This document shows, one piece after another, positions 45,039-57,900 of a DNA stretch of 64,000 nucleotides. The notes beneath the pieces were generated by a model. The model saw only the letters and a list, made by a program, of their open reading frames with translations. It had not been told where the DNA came from and searched no databases. Source of the stretch: Tubulanus polymorphus. Its lineage: Eukaryota > Animalia > Nemertea. The DNA lies in contig NC_134025.1 of NCBI RefSeq assembly GCF_964204645.1, positions 24,346,299 to 24,410,298 on the forward strand, in the 5' to 3' direction. Positions within the stretch are counted from its first letter, which is position 1, and each line of letters begins with the position of its first letter. The position numbers and the translations under genes were made by a program.

Positions 45039-45477
45039 GTTGTTTCAGTTGGAATGGGCTAAAAAGCGGAATAAAATACATTTAAATTCGATTTGTAGTA
45101 GGTTTTATTTAAAATTTGTTGAAAATGTTCAGCAGTTCACAATGTTCAGCAGCAGTTCACGACACAATTAACTTCCAGAAATCAGTGTGCTCTTAATTAA
45201 CTATCACCATCTTTTACTGGGTGCAATCAATGAGATTAAATGGTCGAAACTTACTTCATTCGGCTATTTTTCTTTTCAAAACCAAGCACTCGGCACGGCA
45301 TTTGTTTTGGTTGGTTACATGACAAAAAGGTTGGCTCCGAGACTGCGCGCTAGTGGCAACCAGTCTATTAGACGTTTTGACTGCGGCCGGAACCGGGGCC
45401 GAGTCCGTATTTCAGATGGTACCAATTTCAAAAAGGCAGAATCGAGAAATTATAGGAACTGACGTGAATAAAACAAG
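45039..45477. promoter_or_regulatory. Compact bidirectional promoter region with CCAAT/CHR-like motif
   Basis: Divergent ATGs 440 bp apart; GC-rich core at 45335-45405; accaatttcaaa at 45421-45432 (CCAAT plus reverse TTTGAA). Confidence 0.55.
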
Positions 45478-47216
45478 ATGTCTTCTGTATCAACAAATAC
45501 TGAAGAAAGCTGTAGTGATGTAACATTAGTAAAAACCGAGAAACAAAAAAATAATGTTGTATTGGTCGCTAAGAAAGACAACAAAATGAACAATAATCAA
45601 AAAGTATCATCAAAAATTACTCGGACGTTCAATGATCCGCTCAAAAAGGTTACGGTTACAAAAACTGCAAGCGCCACAAATGTGTCATCAAAACTTCACA
45701 GTCCGAAAAAGCTGGGCGCATTTTCCACTTCGAAAAAGGATCTTGCTTCAGTTGGAAAACGGAAAAGATTCGTCTCAAAGTCCAGTCCTACTATCACACA
45801 ATCACCGAAACGTAACCCGCTGAAAGCGAAATGTCGAATTGACTTCAGTATGAAGCCGGAAATCAAATTCTCAAACCAAAAAACATTTCCTGTTTCGGCA
45901 AAGAAAATCAATGTTAAGCAATCTACAATGGGGTGCGTTTTAACTGTTAGCTAGATTCACTTATTTCGAAGTAATAGCATTTGAAAAAAGCTTGAGTTCT
46001 GCGTAATTCTTTTCTAGATATTCACAACTTCGCCAAGCTGAGCTTGAACTGAGGCAAAAATATGAAGAACTAGAACTAAAAATGCGGACGACAGAAGAAA
46101 ACCACAAACTAATGGTATCAAATCTTGAAGATGAACTTCGCACATATCAGGTACCGGTATTGTAGACAAGATTGACTGAAATTTGGTAGCTCTTAAAAGT
46201 GGTGTATAGTTGTGAGCTATTAAAGATTTGTTTGCTCCGTGTCATGTGATTCCTGGTCTTCTACTCTAGGGGCAAGTTAAAGATCTTCAAGGTGAAAAGA
46301 ACGAACTTTTGGGTAAGAGAGAGCAGAATTTCAAATTTCGTGATTGAATGATGATTTAGATGGAGAGTATTTAGAAGATTTGCACTATCATTTTATTGTA
46401 GAAACATTATCAATTAAAGATGCTGAATATATAAAAAGTTCAACCGCACTTGGTAAAAAATTGTGAGTGAAAACCTTTGAATCACATGTTGTGTTGTCAT
46501 TTTATCTTTATTGTGATTTCGATGAAGCTGAATTTTTTCTGATTCAGAGAAATGTGTGAGAACAGATTGATTGAGCTTCAAATAGACCCTGGTATGGCAG
46601 TAAAGTTAAAATCTGAGCAAAAAACAAACTGCCTCTATGCGTATATTTTATTGATTTTATTTGTTTTAGTTTCATTGAAGAGTTTGAATGTGGAGCAACA
46701 GGAAAAAGAAAATGTTAATGAAATTCGTTTAAAGCAAAAGGTACCGTAGGCGTCATAGTTCCTTTCAATGACTACTCGAGTATAACCACAGCCTCGAATG
46801 AGCCTAGCACCAGATCCTTCACAAATGATGATGATGATGATTTTAATGTTACTGCAAACTCTCCTGGCAATCGATTCATTCATATACACATGTCTTGCTG
46901 CTGCTTTATAGGAACAAGCGAAAGTTCTACTCGATAAGCTGGAATTATTCACTCAGAAGACAAGCTCCTATCTATCATCAGTGGTAGCAGTGAACAAGGT
47001 ATCTTGACATTTAAATATTATGATTTAGAAGATTTCTGGAAATTCATTTGTTTACCATTGAGAATTTATCAATTGTTCGTTTAGGAAACGATTGCTGACG
47101 AAACATCGGAGATGAACTGCACAGATATAGACGTAAATCAAACTACGACTGATGATAATCATCGTCATGGACAAGTTTTATCAGTAGCTGACACAATTCA
47201 ACAAGAAAATGTTTAG
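45478..47216 (+). CDS. Basic low-complexity N-terminus plus coiled-coil protein, 341 aa, resembling SKAP/KNSTRN
   Basis: Exons 45478-45932, 46018-46150, 46270-46312, 46402-46462, 46548-46591, 46670-46740, 46912-46998 and 47085-47216 are all in frame (1026 nt), with AATAAA at about 47265. The gene model is firm; the identity is inferred from a remembered SKAP sequence pattern. Confidence 0.75.
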
Positions 47217-47584
47217 GACAAATTTTGCATGAATCATTTCTTAATTATATAATTTTTAGTATTTAATAAATATTTTTTATTGATCAAGAGATGACCTCAG
47301 TTTTGCTGAATATTCTATTTCGGTTGCAGGCCCGAAAGTAAGTTTTCAAAGGTTTTTCAAGCAGAGGATTTTTTGAGGAATGTGTTGGTTTGTCCTGAAA
47401 ACCACTCAGTTATGTTTTCAGCTGCAACCAACCCAAAAAATCTACAACCACCGACGGTCCGACTTTTAATCCAAAAGAACCGTCCGGGTTATATACTGTT
47501 CCAACTTTTGACGTACCCCATTAAGTATCTACCAGTAACCTTGAACCATCTTTGCCCTACGAACTTTCCAGTGTCGCACTTAAG

Positions 47585-49376
47585 ATGTCCGGAATTTTAA
47601 GAGGAATTTCGAGCCGTGCTCTGCCACTAGTGAGGCTATCTGGCATCCAGAGAGCTAATTTAGTATCCGGACCACCGAAGAATAGGATTTCCTTCCCGGT
47701 AAGATGTTCAGAATTCATGATACAATGCCATTACGTTTTGCTTAGTCTGAGTTTATTCCGCTGGGGAAGCGACTGTACATTTTTTAATTTTAAATAATCA
47801 CTTCAGTGATGTTTTGTAAATATTTGTGTATACATGTGTAATAGTTGTCTCTATATATCATGGAAGTGGTTGGAGTCTAAATAAAATCGTAATCGTAAGG
47901 TGGTTTTAACCAAAACCAAAACCATAACAACCCGGAGCGACTGCACTTTGGGTGTCCCTAATCAATCAATGGTTATGTACCTAGCTAGTTAGTTACCTAA
48001 TCGTTGGTGGTAAGCTTTTTATAATCGGATGGGCTTATACCAACGTTAGGGATGACAAGGACCAAAACACGGTTGAAAAAAGTAACACTTCAAAAATATA
48101 CTTTCTATTCACTTCAGTCCACAATTAATGGCTTAATTCACAAACTAACACAGGTACCTTTCGAAATAATCCAATTCTATGTATGTTTCGAGTGATTAAT
48201 CAACATTATTTTGAGAAATTAATTAATTTCCTTACAAATTTCGCCATTGGCCGCCATTTCTCTGTATTGCACATGTGGCATGATAAGACAAGGGGACCTA
48301 CAAGGATTTAGATAAAACTTTCAAGACGAAACGACAATTTTTATTTTTGATGGTTTTCCAACCTATATTTCAAATCTTCGTGTTTTCCATTATAAATAAT
48401 GAAATAATTAATTCTGGTAAAAGAAAAATGTGAATAAGTCTTGATTTCTTAATATTTTTCAATTTCGTCGTTTCGCTTCGTTAGTTTGTGCTGTTGTCCT
48501 GGCCTCAGTCCACAGGTGCCAGCACCTCCAGTAATTTTCAAAATGGCAGCTGTTGACTCTACGGAAATTTACTCTCACTTTACGGCCGATTTGCACATGG
48601 ATTAAGATCGTCAGGTGAGGTGTTATAGGTATCAGACAAACTACGAATCTGTTGTGTGTCGATTACAACAAAAATTTGACGGATATCTTAAGAGACAATG
48701 AAATGCCAGGCAAATTACTCGTCAGTCAAATTGGCTGACGAAGATTTCATACAAAAATGACCTTCCCATTCCTGACTGTGGTTTGTGAAAATATCCGATC
48801 GTGAAACTAAACCACAGACAGGTTACTGACTAGTACCTAGCCTAACCATAACTATAGATAGTGCCACACAGTGGAAAGGTGACCCAAACTGCAGGCAGTT
48901 ACTAGTAGACCGCTGCAGAGCCTGGGCTAGGTAAATAGTCCCTGGTCCAGGCTGGCAGGCCTGGTATTATTTTGAAATTCGTCAGTTATTACCATGGTTT
49001 CTCATTGTTACTATATTGGTTGTTGCCCAGATTGAGGATTTACCCCTAGGAATAACTTTTTGATACTCATTCTAGTTTATATGTCCATGGTCTATGAAAC
49101 CAGGCCCGGCCTGCAGTCTTACACCGTGATTTGTTGTTCAACAAATTACATTATCAACGTGAAGTGCGGATATGCATTTTTACTCTAATCCTTTAAATGG
49201 CATTTGTGTCGCATAGCGGGGAAGCAAGCGACCTAAACCTTAACAAAAACTTTGTATTCATATTCCTTCTTTTATTGCAGGAAAAGGCGGGCGTTGGTAT
49301 AGTGATGTCTATATGTGTCGTAGCTCCCGCTGGTTATATTATGATGAATATAGAAAACTACAAGAAGAGAGATTAA
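47585..49376 (+). CDS. COX8: Cytochrome c oxidase subunit 8, 69 aa
   Basis: Exons 47585-47698 (MSGILRGISSRALPLVRLSGIQRANLVSGPPKNRISFP, presequence-like) and 49281-49376 (EKAGVGIVMSICVVAPAGYIMMNIENYKKRD*). Confidence 0.9.
47985..48833. mobile_element. Copy of the 118-bp MITE carrying an internal segment of about 730 bp (48045-48776)
   Basis: The ends match 31297-31414. The internal segment is bounded by the imperfect inverted repeats gttagggatgacaagg / ccttcccattcctgac. Confidence 0.7.
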
Positions 49377-50905
49377 TCTACGCTCCGCCCTAAATGGCTT
49401 TTCCTCATGGCTTCATGTACATAGATTTTTTGTGAATATGTTCGAAATTTTCTTCTGTGATCTCACTTCATCTACGAGCTATGGACATGATATGGATTAT
49501 CAGTGACTTGTTTCTCAAAATGAATACTTCGAAATTTAGTATAAAACATCTTTCAGATATAGATCAATGTATTGGTACTTTGGATACTCGGAAAATTATA
49601 AATTTTGTTTGAAAAAGCTTACATGAATAACAACTCTGCAATATGTACAAGACTTCTACTCTTTTCAAAATAAAAGTTAGATATAGTGGTTTTAAATTTC
49701 TTCTTTCTGTCGTGTTTTGGTTTTGATGATTTGTTTTAATTCTCTGGTTATTGATGTGTTCAATGTAGCTGCTGGTTGTGATTTAAGGACTAACCTGTCA
49801 TTCGATGTTCGACTATGGCAATCGAGGATTCCACTTATGGCAAGTGAGAATCCACAATGTTCGATAGTGTGCATTCAGACAACAACTTTCGGATTCCTCA
49901 GATTTAATAAAAATTTATCAATTTCTCATATTATTCTCATATTTCTCATATTATATCTATCATTCCATTCACCATCAGGACAACTAACTAGCTTATTCTA
50001 GAAGCAATCTCTCTTGCATTTATGTAGATTTGACAGAAAATCTTCATTCTGTACTATGATGACAACCAAAATACAATGGACAACGCTTTGAAAATGCGCA
50101 GGTTATCTTTATTTTTCATAAATTATTACAAAGATTTGACAAAACCCATGCACGGCGGGGGGCTGGGGATTTAAAAAGTTTCCCCAAAAGATATGATTAT
50201 CTCACAAAATTACAACTCGAGAGTTATTTGAGCATGCTTGTTTATATGATGAAAGAAACAAGTAGAAAAAATAATAGATTTCGCCCAATTGGTCCGATGA
50301 TTTAGATAGAGAAATAATCATAGGACAGAAAACTTTCCACCTAGACAAACAATCAACGTGACAGATGAAATAGAAATCTACTACCGGTAAACTTTGATAT
50401 TCATTGACGAAGGCAAGGTTGAAATTGTCATTTTCTGAAGTTGATACTGACCAAGGAGGGGTTTACTGAATCAGTTTTAGATAAACCTGAAAATGTATTA
50501 TAGCAATGGTAATAGTATGTACCTTCCCAGTATAAGAAACAAGGAAAATCTCAACATAAATCAACTACAATAATACTCAACATCACCTGTACAAAAACTA
50601 AAATACAGATACATATATAATATATTATCTATTTACGTAACAAATAAATAATAACAAGATAATAATATAAATAGTGCAATATGCTGGTCCACAAAACAAT
50701 AATAGCAAGAATCACAGGAAGGCATCCATGTAAGACTTCATACTACAAGGTATCATCAATATGGGTACAACCGCATTAACCAATTAATTAGTATTCGCAC
50801 ACGAGTAGCTTTTATTTAGCGAAAATTGCTACAGTTACAAGTCACCCATTTTATGAAAGCACCATACTTGGGGTGTTTTAACATTTTATAATTTAAAATA
50901 TCAAC

Positions 50906-51064
50906 ATAGTCAAACCCACTTAATTTCGGATCAGTTTGATCCGGATATCTTGTATTCACCTATACATAAATGTACATAAATCTTCACGTTTAAACTGGAT
51001 ATCTCATAAATGGCGAATTAGTTTCATTGGTCCTAAATGATCCAAAATCAAGCAGATTTAACTG
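50906..51064. mobile_element. Degenerate Tigger/pogo-like MITE
   Basis: tagtcaaacccacttaatttcggatc / gatccaaaatcaagcagatttaactg imperfect TIRs, similar to the 32642 element. Confidence 0.55.
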
Positions 51065-51957
51065 GAGTACCATCTTGTATATCCACAACGGATTAAGAGA
51101 AACATAACAGTCATAAAATGAACTTATTTGAACAAAATTGGTTTTTGTTCTCGGTCAAAAATCTCATTAAAAAAATATCAGATTCCATTTTCTATAGTTA
51201 GCCTACCTACATGTACAAAATAGACAAAATGGTCAATTAAGTTCTGGAAACCCAGAAGCAGCACAAATCCTTACAGATAAAGAATACTGAAGTTGTGCGT
51301 ATTACAGAAATTAGCTTTCACATGATCTTTTGAAACATATTCTAATGTATGGCACTGCAATACAAGTAATTACTCCAACCTACTGCTACAGGTGCAATTT
51401 AGCAACTACATAAAAACAAAATAACTCTAGTTTATATAAATAAAATGTCTTCCATGATCTTGCATGCAAATATAACGTGACATTAACTTTGTTATTGCCA
51501 ATGCTTAACAACATAAATTACTACACTATGAATACTACGTGCAAACTAGCACCAGTGGATATGTATTACTTGTTATATAGCTTACAAGAGGCAGACCCAG
51601 GAATATTTTAGGGTAGCAAGGCATCAAGAGCACTAGTCGCTGCCGGCACCAAGAATAATAATGCAAAGCTCCAAAGGCTCGAATGCCTGTGGGAGTGGAA
51701 GCTTGGAACAATCATTCTGTAAGATTACTAAATGTTCATGTACCCATGGACAGTAATGGACTCGCAGTTCATGATGACAAATTTCGCATACTGCTACTTT
51801 CATTGAAATTTGTCAGTACATCGCTTATCAAAGGCAAGAATTTTAAGCATGTCATGAAGAAAGGAGATGTAGTTTAAAAGGAGATAATGTTTGGTGCTAT
51901 GTCAAGGTAACAGTTTGAACAATATTATCCAATACAATGTACAATCAAAATATTACT

Positions 51958-54900
51958 CTACATATTCGTCGGCCATGTTTCGCGGTTTTTTTTCTTGAAT
52001 GAAATCCGGCTGAATGGATTTCGCAAGAAATGTCTCGGCAGCGACATCGTACTGCTATGAGAAAGCTCTAGGTATACTTGAATCTCATTTTCGAGTGACA
52101 ACCATCGCGAAATCATCATTGAATCTGAAAAATGACGACAGAATGTTTAGAATCGTATGATAAATATGATCAAATTAAGCGAGTTTCACCAGGTAGGATC
52201 ATTATGAACGTTTCACACTGATAAATATTCAATTCACTAACACAGCAAACGGGATCACTGACGCTGAACCAATATGCAGCAAGGGTGAAATAAATGTTAA
52301 GACAAGTTTTTAGGTCTAAAGTCAAAGCTGAGCTGAAATTATCGATTAAATCTACGCTGCAAAGAATTACCTCGTGATTTTTCAACTTTCAAAGCTGTAA
52401 CAACAAGTTTAGATGAAAAAACCAAATATGTATCAGCTAATCAGATTTCCTGATGAATGATAGCATGTAATAAACTATAACTACATTGGCCTATACCTTC
52501 CTTTGACCTATGATACTATAGGGATTATGTGTCCATTTCAGGGATTCCAATGATATCATTTACATAAAGGGTACATTTTTTGAGAGATGTCTTCCATATT
52601 CCCAATGCGTAATGTGCAAATTCTATGTGCAACACAGGGTAAGATCTAATGTATGGTATGTATTGAACCTATAGCTGCCCAACACCAATTACTGATGTCA
52701 GTAACATTTTACAATGCTGTCAAGCTACCTAATGCCTCATGCGATCAATTTCACCTACCATACATATTGAACAGATTTTCTGAATTAGCATTGACAAACT
52801 CTTCTGCAATAATTAATAACCAACTAATATTCTTTAGCGCTATATGCGTAATGGAAAGAAATTCAGTTTCCCATTCAAGCTTTTATTTTGAACAATGAGG
52901 CCAGTGCTAGAATGTTAGCAAGATTTTAATGTGTGTATATACATGTATATATATATATATATATATTGCTTACCGGTGAAAAGAAATTTCAACGTGAAGC
53001 CTCTAGTTGCAACGTGCTGGTTCTTATTACTTGATTTGACATCGATAATCAGCAGTGTGTCTTCTGGCAGTCCACCACCTTTATCAGCCTAAACATAAAG
53101 TAGGAAATCAGATGTACCTCTCTTCATTGGTTACTTTACATGTATATTATATCCAATGAAGAAAGTGGTGGCATCATATAACTGCAATAGACATTATTAC
53201 AATGAGCAACAGAAAGCATGACTTGATAAATAAGGGAGAACAACAAAAATGGAACATCTAAGCTCTAACGCACACAAAAAGCACAGACCAAAATTTTGAT
53301 TTACCCATTCATGATAAGGAATATTTGGAAGGTGTATATATTATTTATTGTATATATATATGCATGTGTTAATCACCATGTATATGCAATAAAACATTAC
53401 ATTATATTCCCATATCTAAACATATTCCAAATCTAAACATTTTCATTAGATGGTCTAAATGCAGAACAAGAATTACATTCACTGAATTGATAGCAGATCA
53501 CTGCTAAACAACATCATAAAAATTACCAGCCCATACGCGTTCCCCTTCCATGGGATACATCCGAAATTAGCCGGTGCAAGCTGTAGATCAAAATCAGATC
53601 AAATTTCAGTATGCAAAACAAAAATTATTGCCCTGAATGCAAAACAAGTCTTTTCGTATAATACACCCATACTAAAAAACTGAACCATTGTATACCCAGC
53701 TGTGACTATGAGTTCTTTAGTAAAGGATGATACGAGTTGATTAACTTGGGTTCAACACATTCAAATTGAAGCAAGGGTATCTAAAATGTTTAAACCCTTA
53801 ATGCCATATAGAATGGACCCTAAGCAAATAAGGCCAAGAATAGCTATGCCAAGGCCATTTTCAGTAAGGGAAAGCAAGCTCATCACCAGGTACATGTAAT
53901 TATGTTTCTTAAAATGTTCATTTGATTTTCCTACAAGCTTAGAAGCCAAGACAAAACCAGAAATTTAAAAAACGTAGGTGCTGAACAGAGTCGAACTCAA
54001 GAACTTACCTCGAAATCGTAATTAAAAGAATATTCACCATTCGAATCATGTTTGCATACATGTGTTTTGCCGAGGACACGACCAGCAGAAAATCGACTGG
54101 CACGTTGCGCTTCAGTTCGGCTGAAATCAACATAGGATTGAATTCACTTTCAATTATCAGTATTATAGATTATGAATATCGATTATGTATGTACCTGTCT
54201 ATTCTGATTTTGCAGTAAAGTGATCCTTTATTGTCACTGTCCTTATTGGTTCTGATTCGAGAAAGGCGTCCTTTCACATCATAATATTTTCCAGGTCCTG
54301 GTTCATTTAACTCGGCTGTAATAGTATTAAGTATGAATATGGTCGAAAACAGTAGAATCTTGAAAGATATTGCATATTGCACTGGTAACAGCATAGTTTC
54401 ATAGTTTAATATGCACTTACTTTGAGAACTGAATACTCCATTCAGCGATGAAACACTGAAAATGAATAGGTAGAATTTATTGAAAATAAAAACATAAGAC
54501 TCCTTCTAATTGTCACATTGTGATACTTACGATCCATTTCTTTTCAATGTTTCCTCATCATTTGATGCACTAACAGTTTTTCTGAACAATCGGAACTTGC
54601 CCTTCTTATCGACGTGCACATCGGAATGAGCTCTGTTCAGCGTGCTGCTTTTCATTTTGATTTCGGGACTATCAAGAATTTCATTTTGGCTTTTGCTTTT
54701 ACGATCCTTCTACAAATTAAAACAAATATTTACATTTTCTAGAAATGATATACCCATAACCATCTCACTACAAAGTCTGGAGGTAACAAATCTGCCAACA
54801 ATAGTTTCCTATCAATAATCATCTTTCGATAGAATCTGATAAAAAAAAATCATTACAGTCACAAATTATGAAAAATTGTCAACTTAATATAGAAATGCAA

Positions 54901-57900
54901 AATTGTTAGAACTTTCAACCTGTAAAGATGTTATCCAAATTCATGTCTCCATTATTTAACACGAATCACACTTAAAGAAATTTACATTTATGCAGTGCAC
55001 AGAGATATGATAAAGAAAAAAGTTACAAAAACAAAACCATCAAGTTGTTCAAATAATTTCATATTCACTTGAGCAACTTGACACATATACATTTTGTTAG
55101 AAGGGAACTTTGTGATAATTTTGAAATAAGCCTTACCCCATTGAGATCATCTAGGGGATTAAACTCCCCTATTTTATCAATAATGTCTTTAAGGAATGAT
55201 GGAAATACAGAATCCTATGAAGATAACAGAAATGAACACATGCAACACTATGTACCGTAATGAATCCTCTAAGCAACATGCACAAACGAGGATGTGATTT
55301 CAACAACAAAATGTGATATAATTCATGGCATTGATATACATGAACTTTAAAATTTCACATTCACCAACCAGATAATGAATCCAAAAAGTAGCAACAAGAA
55401 TATCACATTCAAAGCTATATCTCCATATACTGAGTATACACTATCACTTATTTCTTTTTCCCTCTTTCAAGTATGATATTCTAGTATAATTCAATTAGGA
55501 AGTCTTACTATAAGTCAAGAAAATGTCAAAATGGAACTCATAGGAGTGCCCATTCACTCATAGCTTTGAATGTGTTTTTTCAATTGCGAGGCATGAGACC
55601 CATTCCCAAGGCAAGGGTCACCAAATCATAGAATTTTTCTTCATGAGTGACATGCTTTGTGATACTATTCCAAAAACCATTCCAAAAAACCAAGCATTTG
55701 CACATAAATGTGACCAAAAAATTGAAGAAAATCATCATTACCATCAAATTATGACCAATGATGCCATTATGACCATTGTTATAAAAGGCATTGAACCTCT
55801 GTAATTATTGAAAAATGAAAAGGTCAATAAACAACATTCTATAGGTTCAAAAATGAAATAAGACTGCAAATGATAAACAGGGCAGTATGATGCCATTATG
55901 GCCATTGTTACATGAAAGGCATCGAATCTCAACAATCATAGAAAAATGAAAGGGTCAATTAACAACATGCAACAGGTTCAAAGGAGAAATAATTAAGACT
56001 GTTAATGACGAACAGGGAAGTAGACTCCACTCAAGTAGGATCAGATCATCTTGGGATAACCGCTCAACATTTTTTGTGACATTTCATATGAAATACAAAC
56101 GTATATACCAATGAAATACAAATGTACATATCATCCAACTTGGATATCACTTAGACACATTTTTACGGTCCCAAAAGATCCGATTTCAGCAAAGTCTACT
56201 GTACTTATGTTAACAATACAAAATGAACTACCAGTAAACAGAAATCCAACAACATTCGCGGGAGATATAGAGGAATTTTCATTCTAACTGCAAAACTTGG
56301 AAAATGCAACAACTTAAAATGTGTGAAGAATGTACACAGAACCAAGAAAATTGAGATTTTGTGGAGTAATATTTCATAGCAAGTAAAATAAATAGTGAAA
56401 CAGCAATATTATAGGGTAAAAGCACTTACTCTGGTGTTATGCTATAAATCATTACATAAGAAGACATTTTGCATCTGACCAAAAATATATTTTTTTACGT
56501 TATCAATAAGTCAAGCCTTTAGGTAATGTTCATATATGGCAGTTAAAAGATATCATTTTTTTCTCTAGCACTGAAGACTTTATATCTATATTTGAATGAA
56601 TAGAACAAATATTTGAGATCTTTCTCCAACTACACGTAGTGGCGTACATGCAATAGATTAAATCTTGATTAATCACGCAAAGCAAAAGCAATAGGTACAT
56701 AATTTTTAAGAAAAATTTTATTAATTACGTTGGAAGGTGGCGTTGAAGTGGATTTATCTCCTTCAAAAACCTAATTAGTAGATATACATATATATTCAAA
56801 CTGAGAGGATTAAACAAAAACCAATGCTTGTATACTGACGTAAGAAAAATGGGTACACGTTAAAAATATGAAAACAAGTATATGAAATCATACTATTCTA
56901 CGATTATTTGACATTCAGATCCTACAGAAAATGCTATGGTGGTGTTTACCTCATCAGCATCTACATTATCTTCTGAAAAGCTTTCAATTTGTTTGAGGCT
57001 CTCCTGAAATGCAAGAGATGAAATTCATTTTATGGACACAAAAAATAATTGAATGATGACAAACATTTCAATGATATTGAGACCTAGTCAGGGTATCGAC
57101 GATATTTACCTTCATGTCATCTTTAAGCACCTTTATCGCTAATTGTATTTGTCCAGTCTTGGCTTTTTGTAAAAGATACCATCCTGGTTCTCCCTATACC
57201 ATACATACAAATAAATGTAGAGATAATCAGCGAGGAAAACATAGTAAAAGCCATAACTCAAGAATTTATTACAAACTCACGATAGTTGAGATTCTGCGAA
57301 GTTCATCCAATGTTAACGTTAATGTTCCTATAAAATCTTTCATGAATAGCGGATCCCTGTCCCAAACAACCTGAAACGACACAAATCAGGCAAACAATGA
57401 GCCATATCTAATCGCGAAGATATAATAAAATTGACCAACAGAACGAAGAAATAATACTCTTACTATTTCTAATGTCTCGTCATCTTTTGGTAGCTGCATA
57501 GTGACCCACTCATCCCAAACTGGATTCAACGTCTTTTTCTTTACAGTTGTCTGAAACTTCTTTTCCTTGCCAATTTTTACAACACAGAATGGGTCACTTA
57601 AACCTGTATGGAAAAATGGAAAATTTCATCTCATAATGAACCCATAATCCCTTACAGAGGCTCATTAAGATAAAATGATTCAAATTTCTCACCATTTTTA
57701 TCTTTTGCAACCAGATCTTTGGCTTTGATAATATTTAATTCGAGCAGACCATGTCCTGGAAGATTTTGATCAAAGGACATTTCAATGGCTGAACGTCCAT
57801 AACACGTGAGTTCAGATAAAGATAAGGATAATACTGTACCTGCACTCAGAAGCCCAGAAGGTAATAGCTTGTTGTTAGACTGCACATTCTGAAAAAATAA

